The position numbers and the translations under genes are program-made. Below, piece by piece: positions 8,366 to 15,715 of a DNA stretch of 32,000 bases; position 1 is the first letter of the stretch; each line of letters begins with the position of its first letter. The notes under the pieces are model-generated. The model was not told the DNA's origin, searched no databases, and worked only from the letters and a program-made list of their open reading frames with translations. Source of the stretch: an uncultured Chloroflexia bacterium (GTDB lineage Bacteria > Chloroflexota > Limnocylindria > Limnocylindrales > CSP1-4); NCBI GenBank assembly GCA_963766735.1, contig CAVYBU010000020.1, positions 13,086-45,085 on the forward strand, given 5' to 3'.

Positions 8366-10069
8366 GTGCGCCTCGACATCACGCTCCTCGGCGAACCCGC
8401 GCTCTCGATCGATGGTCAACGCCAGCCGCTCGCCGGCGCCAAGACCTGGGGACTCCTGGCCAGGGTGGTCATCGGTCCACCGATCACCCGCCGTCAGCTC
8501 GCGACATTGCTCTGGCCCGAGGCAGACGATCCGCGGGCTGCCTGTCGATGGACGATCCTCCAGGTCCGCCGGGCCCTCGAGCCTGCGGCAACGCTGCTCG
8601 ACGCGGACGACGGGTTGCGTCTGGCCACCCTTGACGGAGCGACGATCGTGGCTGACGTCCTGATGCTCCACGAGGGTCGGACGCCCATGGATGAGCTCGG
8701 AGCCACCGGCGGCGTGCTGCTGGAGGGCATCGATCCGCGCGACGCGCCGGAGTTCGAGGACTGGCTGGATCGGGAGCGAAGACGGGCGGCCTCGGCTCTT
8801 GGCGCCACCCTCCGGTGGGCGGTCGCGGTCACAGCCACGACCGATACCGGTGCGGCCATCGCACTCGCGCGCCGGGCCATCGCGCTGGACCCCTTTGACG
8901 ATGCCGCGCAGGAGGCGCTCGTGTCGTTGCTGGTGGCGGCGGGGACACGGACGGCCGCCGAGGCGCACATCCAACTCGTCGAGCGGCGCTATCGAGAGGA
9001 CCTGGGGGTCGCAATGCCCGACGTCATCCGTCGCGGACTCGATCGTGCGCCCGCGGTTGGCCACGGCGCCTCGACACCTGAGACGGCGGAGGCACTTCTG
9101 GAGGTCGCCCGTAGCCGCGCGGCGAGCGGCGACTATCCCGGCGCGATCGACGTGTCCACGCGAGCCGCGGCCTCGGCCGCGGGGTGGCCAGCCGTTCAGG
9201 CGCGAGCCTTGCTTCAGCTGGGAGGGATCCTCGTCCATTCGGTACGCGGTCGAGATCGCGAGGCCGTTGGGCTCCTGCATCGCGCGCTGCAGCTGTCGCT
9301 GAGCGCCGGCGACGAGAGCGCCGCAGCCGAGGCGGAGCGCGAGCTCGCCTACATCGAATTCCTGGCAGCCTCGTACGGGGCCGCTGAGGGGATCCTCCAT
9401 CGCTCCATCGCTCGGTCCGAGGCGGCCGGCGACGATGCCGGTGCCGCTCGGGCGTTCGTCATCCTTGGGGCGTGCCAGTCCGATCGCGCGGAATACTCCC
9501 TCGCGGCGGTCACGCTCGAGGAGGCTATCGCGCGACTTCGCGTCCTCGGCGATCGCTGGGAGGCGTATGCCGTGACCTTCCTCGCTCGCGTTCACCTGCT
9601 GACGGGCGATTATCTCGCTGCCAGGGAGCACGCCGAGGCCGCCGTCGCCCGATGTCGGGAGACCGGTTGGCTGTCCCTCGTGCCGTGGCCGATGATGGTT
9701 GCGGCAGAGGCCGCTCTGCGGCTCGACGCTGACGTGGATCACAGTTCCTCGTTCGATCGCGCGTACGCGCTCTCGTGCGAGATCAGCGATCCATGCTGGG
9801 AGGCCCTGGCCCTCCGAGGCAAGGCGTTGGTGGCTCGGGCTGCCGGCCGGGACGAGGAAGCCGAGCATCACCTCCTGGCAGGCCTCGACCGGGCGCGTTC
9901 TCTCCCGGACGTCTACGTCTGGGCGCAGGCATCGCTGCTGACCGATCTTGTCGAGCTGGAAGGGGGCCGGGACGCCACGCATCTTGCAGCGGCCTTCGCG
10001 ATCACCCGCCGCGGCCCGATGTCGAGTCTGCTCGACCGTGTCCTCGCGGTCTCCGGGGACTCGGGCTAG
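8366..10069 (+). CDS. SARP/AfsR-type transcriptional regulator (winged-helix + BTAD domain) with TPR-like C-terminal region
   Basis: In frame with ORF 7631..10069, whose first ~245 codons are antisense to the membrane gene. The start is taken at GTG 8366: VRLDITLLGEPALSIDGQRQPL...KTWGLLARVV (OmpR/SARP wHTH), then ADVLMLHEG...PEFEDWLDRERRR...ALDPFDDAAQEALVSLLVAAGTRTAAEAHIQLVERRYREDLG (BTAD pattern). Ala/Leu-rich helical repeats follow. Confidence 0.8.
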   Translation: MRLDITLLGEPALSIDGQRQPLAGAKTWGLLARVVIGPPITRRQLATLLWPEADDPRAACRWTILQVRRALEPAATLLDADDGLRLATLDGATIVADVLMLHEGRTPMDELGATGGVLLEGIDPRDAPEFEDWLDRERRRAASALGATLRWAVAVTATTDTGAAIALARRAIALDPFDDAAQEALVSLLVAAGTRTAAEAHIQLVERRYREDLGVAMPDVIRRGLDRAPAVGHGASTPETAEALLEVARSRAASGDYPGAIDVSTRAAASAAGWPAVQARALLQLGGILVHSVRGRDREAVGLLHRALQLSLSAGDESAAAEAERELAYIEFLAASYGAAEGILHRSIARSEAAGDDAGAARAFVILGACQSDRAEYSLAAVTLEEAIARLRVLGDRWEAYAVTFLARVHLLTGDYLAAREHAEAAVARCRETGWLSLVPWPMMVAAEAALRLDADVDHSSSFDRAYALSCEISDPCWEALALRGKALVARAAGRDEEAEHHLLAGLDRARSLPDVYVWAQASLLTDLVELEGGRDATHLAAAFAITRRGPMSSLLDRVLAVSGDSG

Positions 10070-10161
10070 CCCATCCGCGGAGCCACCAAACGCGAAGCCA
10101 AACGGTCCTGGCCTAGGGTCACGGCACGGCGCCGGAAGGGCGCCCTGCAAGGAGACCAGAG

Positions 10162-10410
10162 ATGGCGACATTCATGGACGTGCACGACGGCTTCTTCGGC
10201 GTCACGGGCGATCAGCTGCGCGAGGCCCACGACCGCGATCTCGCGATCGAGGCGGACGAGGGCGTGCACTTCGAGCGAGCCTGGCTCGACCCGGAGTTGG
10301 GCAAGGTGTTCTGCCTGGCCACCGGCCCGTCGAAGGCAGCCGTGATGCGGATCCACGAGCGGGCGGGGCATCCGACTCCCGAGGTGTACGAGCTCACGGT
10401 CGAGGTCTGA
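10162..10410 (+). CDS. DUF4242 (SCO4226-like) small protein
   Basis: 82 aa: MATFMDVHDG...HFERAWLDPELGKVFCLATGPSKAAVMRIHERAGHPTPEVYEL matches the DUF4242 pattern. AAGGAGA lies 7 nt upstream of the ATG. Confidence 0.75.
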   Translation: MATFMDVHDGFFGVTGDQLREAHDRDLAIEADEGVHFERAWLDPELGKVFCLATGPSKAAVMRIHERAGHPTPEVYELTVEV

Positions 10411-10631
10411 GCGACCCACGCGCATCGCCTCGTCGGCTGCACCTCCGGCTGTGCGTCCCTGAACAGTCACAGGCGGGTTGACGAACGCCTGTCGCGCCTC
10501 CGCCTCGAGGTTGCCCCCTGGGATGGACCCCGCCCGCGGCATCCGTCGCATGTGACCCAGGGTGCCGCATCGAGACATGGAGAGCACAGCTGGACCGGGG
10601 ACTGCCAGGGTGACTCCGTCATCCGGTAGCG

Positions 10632-13163
10632 TCAGGTGGTCGGTGCATTCCCCTCGATCAGCACGCTGCCGGTCATCCCGTCGAGCACCACGGTCGCTCC
10701 GTCCGGGATTCGGGTGCATGCCGCGGGCACGGAGACGATGCACGGGATCCCGTACTCGCGCGCGACGATCGAGCTGTGGGACAGGATCCCGCCCGCCTCC
10801 GCGATGACGCCCGAGGCCCGTGCGAACAACGGACTCCACGCGACGTCCGAGAAGGGGATGACGATGACATCGCCGGCCGCGACGCGCCCGAAGTCCGCAG
10901 CTCCGCGCACCACCCGGGCCGTACCACGCACGGACCCGCGCGAGGTCGGGATCCCGCTCAGGGCCGTCTCCGGCGCATCCGACGCGTGCCGGGCGACGAA
11001 CGCGTCGCCGTACACGACCTCGGGGACGACGAGGTCGGCAGCCCCGGCGATGTCCTCGCGGCGATGGGCGACGAGCGCCCGCGCCTCGCCGGCCGCCGGC
11101 GTGGCGCCACGGACCACGGCCCGGACCTCGTCCACGGTGAGCATGAACACGTCGTCCCGCACGTCGAGGACGCCCAGGTCCACGAGCCGGTCCCCGATTG
11201 CGATGAACGTCGGACGGTTGAGGCCGTAGACCCGGGCCCATGCCGCGCCGACGGCGTCCCGGTACGCGCGGAAGGCGCCCGCGCGCCGCCAGAGCAGCCG
11301 GACGAGCGGGCGCCGGGCGCGCGGGGCACGGGCCAGGATCTCGTCGATGCCGGGGCCGCGTCCGGGTGTCTCGGCGCCGTTGGCATCCGGACGCTCCCGG
11401 TGCGCCAGCACGAGGTCCACGACGTGGTCCGGGTCTTCGCGCCAGGTGGGAAGCGAGAGGTCGTTGCCGCTGTCGGACAGGTGGCCGAAGCGGCCGAGGT
11501 AGTCGTCCAGGGCGTCGCGGAACTCGGCCAGGGCCTCTCGCTCCCGGAGGGCCGCGCTGCGGCGCGCGGCCAGGTCATCCCGGGCGTCCGGTGGCAGGTC
11601 CCGGGCGAGGGACGCCAGCGCGTCGACGGCGGCGGCCGGATCCCAGGCCGCGCGATCGGTCCGTTCCGCGGCGGGGTCCACGGTGGCCGGGTCCACGCCA
11701 ACTGCGCGCAGTTGAACGGCCAGGGCGCGGTCATACGCGAGCATCGTGAGCGGCACGACGATGTTCGCGTACGCTGCCCGGCGTGCGACGACTTCGATCG
11801 CGTCGAGGCGGCGGAGCAGCGCCGGGCCATCGAGCCCGGCCGGATCCTCCTCGGTCAGGGCGGCGTGTGCCGCGCGCAGGTACCGCAGCTCCGCGCGCGT
11901 CCAGCGGCCGCGCCGGAGCAGGCGCCGGCTGGCTCGCAGCATCCGGGGCAGGTGGCGTGCGGCTCCCGATCCCGGGCGGAACCGCGGCGCCTCGGGGCCC
12001 TTGGGCAGGCCCAGAAGAAGCTCCAGGCTGTCGTGGGGCATGCCCAGGGCCTCGAACACCGACCCGATGGTCGTCATGTCGAAGTAGGCGCGATAGCCGA
12101 ACGAGCGGGCCAGGTCCTCGGGGCGGACGCCCAGCGGTCCGACGAGCTCCTCGAGGAGCTCCAGCCAGGCCGCGTTCACCAGCGGCACGTTGACCGACCA
12201 CACCAGTGGCTTGATGACGCCCGGCAGGACGTCCCGGGCGATCCGGTTCGAATAGATCCGCAGATCACCCAGCCCGGTCATCGGGCGCGCCTGGAGCCAC
12301 CAGATCGTGGTGCCGTCGGTCGCCCACTCGAGGTCGAGCGGCGACCTGCCGGCCTCCGAGAGCCGTACCGTCTCCCGTGCGACGGCTTCCACCACCTGCG
12401 CCGGGACGCGCGGCTCGGGCGGCTCGTCTGTGAACGCTCCCCAACGGCGGACCCAGCGGTCCGGCGTTACGCCGTCCATGGCCAGGGCGTCGCCCCGGCC
12501 GGGCACCGCCTCGACCACCACCTCGTCCAGGCCCGTCACCGGGTTGCGCGAGAACGCGATCCCTGCGCCGCGCGCGGGCACCATCTCCTGGACCACGACC
12601 GCCACGCGATCCGGCACGGTCACGCCGGCACGCTCAGCGTAGGCAGCAATGCGCACGGGGTCCGGCGCCGCGACCTCTCCCACGGCCGCCAGCACACCGT
12701 CCGCCGGGATGTCCAGCCGGCTTCCGAGCTGGCCGTCGAACGAGCGGAGCTCACCCTCGTCGCCATCCGCGGACGATCGGACGGCGTAGGTGCCGTGTGG
12801 GTCCAGCCACCGCCGCAGCGCGCCGGCCAGGAGCTCCGTGGCGAGCGTGTCGCCGTCGGCCACCAGCCCCGCGATGTCGGCGGGCACGGCCACGGCCGCG
12901 GGCACGGGCACGCCCTGGGCGGCGAGCCACGCCAGCGAGGCGGCCTTCGCCCCAACCCTTGTTCGGTCGGGCAGTCGGGTCCCGGGACCGAGGGCCACCA
13001 GAGGCGACGGGACGACCGTATGGGGCCGGGCCGGATGCAACGGGCGGACGACACCGTGCACGTCCGAGTGGTCGTCCTCGCCGCCATGGGCATAGGCGAC
13101 CGCGCGAGGGCGGAGCACGGCCGCGATGCGCGGTGTGGGCGGCGAGGTGCGGATCGGGTCCAC
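10632..13163 (-). CDS. PEP-utilising enzyme family protein (PEP/pyruvate-binding ATP-grasp N-domain + C-terminal swivelling His domain; PpsA / rifampicin-phosphotransferase-like architecture)
   Basis: Frame of ORF 10632..13490.
- N-domain: VGAKAASLAWLAAQGVPVPAAVAV...
- C-terminal mobile domain: GIPTSRGSVRGTARVV...GDVIVIPFSDVAWSPLFARASGVIAEAGGILSHSSIVAREYGIPCIV.

The start is uncertain. GTG 13163 lies 11 nt after the upstream stop, and GTG 13061 is an alternative. Upstream codons of the ORF overlap the chelatase gene and look non-coding. Confidence 0.8.
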   Translation of the reverse strand: MDPIRTSPPTPRIAAVLRPRAVAYAHGGEDDHSDVHGVVRPLHPARPHTVVPSPLVALGPGTRLPDRTRVGAKAASLAWLAAQGVPVPAAVAVPADIAGLVADGDTLATELLAGALRRWLDPHGTYAVRSSADGDEGELRSFDGQLGSRLDIPADGVLAAVGEVAAPDPVRIAAYAERAGVTVPDRVAVVVQEMVPARGAGIAFSRNPVTGLDEVVVEAVPGRGDALAMDGVTPDRWVRRWGAFTDEPPEPRVPAQVVEAVARETVRLSEAGRSPLDLEWATDGTTIWWLQARPMTGLGDLRIYSNRIARDVLPGVIKPLVWSVNVPLVNAAWLELLEELVGPLGVRPEDLARSFGYRAYFDMTTIGSVFEALGMPHDSLELLLGLPKGPEAPRFRPGSGAARHLPRMLRASRRLLRRGRWTRAELRYLRAAHAALTEEDPAGLDGPALLRRLDAIEVVARRAAYANIVVPLTMLAYDRALAVQLRAVGVDPATVDPAAERTDRAAWDPAAAVDALASLARDLPPDARDDLAARRSAALREREALAEFRDALDDYLGRFGHLSDSGNDLSLPTWREDPDHVVDLVLAHRERPDANGAETPGRGPGIDEILARAPRARRPLVRLLWRRAGAFRAYRDAVGAAWARVYGLNRPTFIAIGDRLVDLGVLDVRDDVFMLTVDEVRAVVRGATPAAGEARALVAHRREDIAGAADLVVPEVVYGDAFVARHASDAPETALSGIPTSRGSVRGTARVVRGAADFGRVAAGDVIVIPFSDVAWSPLFARASGVIAEAGGILSHSSIVAREYGIPCIVSVPAACTRIPDGATVVLDGMTGSVLIEGNAPTT

Positions 13164-13174
13164 GGGGGCGGCGG

Positions 13175-14248
13175 TCAGCGGCTCGCGGCGTCGTCGATCA
13201 GGGGCGCGATCCAGTCCGCCGCCATGCCCATCAGATCCGGATCGTCGTTGAGGCTCGGCAGGTGGAGCACCTCGACGTCGGGGTGGACCTTCTTGAGGCG
13301 GTCGATCGTGTAGCCCACGTCGAGCATCGTCTCGTGGTTGTCGGTCACGAATCCGATCGGCGCGAACACGATCGCGCGAGCCCCGGTGGTCACCAGGTTC
13401 CGCGCCGCCTGGAGCATATCCGGCTGGGTCCAGCGCCCCGGGGTCGGGTGGTTCATCCAGCCGACGCTGATGTTCGGGAACTCGTGCCACAGCTTCTCTT
13501 TCACGGCGTGGTACAGGGTCCGGCTGTCGCGGATGCCGGTCTCGAACCCCTTCGCCTTGTACGGGCAGCCGTGGTTCAGCAGGACCACGCCGATCTGCGA
13601 GGTCGCGTGGCGGGCCTTGAGGGGAGACACCCCATCGCGCACGTGGCGCGCCAGCCGATCGTGGTAGCCCTCGCGGTCATGGAAGCTGGGCAGGTAGCGG
13701 ATCTCCCGCACCCACATCCCATCGGAACCGAGCGCCTTGTTCACCTGTTCCAGCGAAAGGCCGCCCGTGTACACGGAATCCACGACCAGCAGCGGATAGA
13801 TGACCAGGCGGTCGTAGCCGGCGGCGCGGATGCCCGGCAGCACCTGCTCGGGCAGGTAGCCCTCGCAGAAGTTGAGCGCCGTGAAGACCTCGACCCGGTC
13901 GCCGTACCGCTCGCGCAGCGCGAGCTGGAGACCCGCTCGCTGGCGTTCGAAGATCGCGTTGTGTGGGGAGACGAAGCGGTTCGCCCGCTCGTACTCCTCG
14001 CGGGCCTTCCGGGCCAGACGGCGCGACATGAACGGGACCACGCGGTCGGGAATCCGGACGGACTTGCTGACGAGCAGGCGCAGGGACTTCGCGTTGTACT
14101 CCGTGAGGTCCGCGTTGTCCTCGACCTCACCGTAGCCGCACAACAGGACCGCGACCCGGGCACCGTCCTGCCCGTCGGCGTGATCGTGACCATCCTCGTG
14201 CTGATGGTCCTGGGCCGCGGTGGCTCCGGCGGTTCGTCTCGCGCTCAT
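13175..14248 (-). CDS. Divergent ferrochelatase-family (class II chelatase) protein with His/Asp-rich N-terminus
   Basis: 357 aa.
- Ferrochelatase-like blocks: VAVLLCGYGEVED, RLVIYPLLVVDSVYTGG, VVLLNHGCPY (His block), WTQPDM...ARAIVFAPIGFVTDNHETMLDVG (the DHxET-type block).
- N-terminal AAQDHQHEDGHDHADGQDG.
- GAGGGA sits just upstream of the ATG. Confidence 0.7.
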   Translation of the reverse strand: MSARRTAGATAAQDHQHEDGHDHADGQDGARVAVLLCGYGEVEDNADLTEYNAKSLRLLVSKSVRIPDRVVPFMSRRLARKAREEYERANRFVSPHNAIFERQRAGLQLALRERYGDRVEVFTALNFCEGYLPEQVLPGIRAAGYDRLVIYPLLVVDSVYTGGLSLEQVNKALGSDGMWVREIRYLPSFHDREGYHDRLARHVRDGVSPLKARHATSQIGVVLLNHGCPYKAKGFETGIRDSRTLYHAVKEKLWHEFPNISVGWMNHPTPGRWTQPDMLQAARNLVTTGARAIVFAPIGFVTDNHETMLDVGYTIDRLKKVHPDVEVLHLPSLNDDPDLMGMAADWIAPLIDDAASR

Positions 14249-14725
14249 GATCCCTCATCTGATTGGCAGGCGCGGGTCGGCGGGCTCGGCCGGGTCCCGT
14301 GAGGGGCGATGGTGCCATATCGTGGCGGAACAGGGAACCGGCAGCGTCGTCCGCGGTGCGCCCGAACACCACGGACGCGCCGACTGCCCAGGAAGAGCGG
14401 TCGGCCTTCCCGCGGTCGTCCTGGCCTGGGAAACGGGCCGCGTCTCAACTGCTCCGGACGGACACGATCTGGTTCGACAGCCAGTCGGGCATCCAGCGCG
14501 TCTCTGGAGGCCCCCTGGTGCCCTGACTGGGGCCGAGACCGTCGCGCGGACTCGCCTGCCGGATGATGAGGCCACACGGGGCAGCCGACGATGGCGCGAC
14601 AAGCGCCATCCTCGTCATCGGCCGACCACCGTCGTGTCCGACCGAATCGGCCCACGTCCCGCTTCGGGTGCCGTATGGTCTACACGAGACGTAACGAAGC
14701 ACGACTCGCGCCTGGAGGGTCAACG

Positions 14726-15088
14726 GTGGACGAGCAACAAGTTCGCGAACGCGCCGACGCGGTCTGCACTGCGCTCGTCGCCGGAGACGTCGAGGTGGCG
14801 ATCGGGGCCTTCAGCACGGAGCTTCGCCGGAACCTCGGCGAGGTGCTTGCGCTGCTTCCGCTGCCGGCGAGCGAGGCGACGATCGAGTCCATCGACCACG
14901 GTGGGCGCGACACCCACACGGTCGTCCTCAGGTTCGTCGGCGAGACCGAGGAAGTCCTCCTCCAGACGCGCTGGAAGGAACGCGATGACCGGCCGACCAT
15001 CGTCGAGGTGAGCCACCTGAGCAGGGCGGAGCGAGTCGCCGTGACGGGCGAAGCGGACGAAGAACCCGCAGAACCCGACGAAGGGTAG
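14726..15088 (+). CDS. Hypothetical small acidic protein (120 aa)
   Basis: GTG 14726 is preceded by GGAGGG at 14714-14719. The part of ORF 14591..15088 downstream of this GTG has a strong GC3 bias. I recognise no family. Confidence 0.55.
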   Translation: MDEQQVRERADAVCTALVAGDVEVAIGAFSTELRRNLGEVLALLPLPASEATIESIDHGGRDTHTVVLRFVGETEEVLLQTRWKERDDRPTIVEVSHLSRAERVAVTGEADEEPAEPDEG

Positions 15089-15171
15089 TCAACAGCTCAG
15101 CCTCGCTGGGGCAGGAAGCCCACCCGCGCGCATCCTCATCGAGCTGGCGGTGCCGCTCCCGTCACCCCTCG

Positions 15172-15463
15172 GTCGATGACGATGCCGTCCCGGTGTCCGC
15201 GATGACCGAGCGCTCGGGGCTCACGCGACGGACGTTCGCTCGCCGCTTCCAGGCGGCGACCGGGCGACGGCCGATCGACTACGTCCACGCCGTGCGCATC
15301 GAGGGAGCTCGGCTACGTCTCGAAACCTGGGCCGGCGTCGACGACATGGGCTTCGAGGGGGTACGAGGATCCGACCTTCTTCCGCCGGCTCTTCAGGCGG
15401 ACCACGGGCCTCACGCCGGCCGCGTACCGTCGGAAGTCCGCCCCGACCGTCGCAGTCCGATAG
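15172..15463 (+). pseudogene. AraC-family HTH remnant (C-terminal DNA-binding domain only, frameshifted)
   Basis: Frame 1 reads ...SAMTERSGLTRRTFARRFQAATGRRPIDYVHAVRIEGARLRLETWAGVDDMGFEG. After the G run at 15357-15361 the motif continues in another frame as GYEDPTFFRRLFRRTTGLTPAAYRRK, up to TAG 15461-15463. No N-terminal sensor domain can fit between it and the preceding gene. Confidence 0.65.
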
Positions 15464-15715
15464 GCACAAGAACCGCGGTCGAGCCGATCCTCGTCGTCCA
15501 CCGCGCGGACTTCGCGCTCTTCGGCTCGCCGCGGTCCATCGGCGAGAAGCCGAATCGGCGCGTGCTGGTCCTGCCGCGCAACGTCTGAGGGGCGGTCCCG
15601 CGTCCCAGTCCCGCCGGCCGAGCGACCGTCGCCTGACAGATTCGCGTGTACGCGCGAAGATAGCGCGGCTGCCGGGGACGAGGCCCGGCGCTGGCCGACC
15701 GCGCATGAGCCTCTG

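Noticed and set aside
10469-10492. The hairpin ACAGGCG-N10-CGCCTGT between the convergent DUF4242 and PEP-utilising genes as a bidirectional terminator.
   Set aside because: It has only a 7-bp stem, a large loop and no flanking U/A tracts. That is too weak to annotate.
10776-13313. An 845-aa plus-strand ORF.
   Set aside because: It is antisense to the PEP-utilising enzyme gene and has Arg/Gly/Pro/His-rich low-complexity translation. The same reasoning rejects 8264-10171(-), 15911-17545(-), 4696-6051(-), 6250-7452(-), 2569-3834(-), 1516-2709(+), 4023-4985(+), 12797-14302(+) and 21857-23017(+).
14311-14500. A cobalamin riboswitch call on the plus strand.
   Set aside because: Only part of the core resembles the consensus (AACAGGGAA, CCCGAACA, GACTG...AGGAAG). 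The conserved P3 loop and the terminal AGCCAGGAGACC-type segment are not found. The nearest plus-strand gene is about 230 nt away and has no B12 link. The chelatase gene, which would make sense as a target, is on the other strand. I kept this only as a generic candidate structured region.
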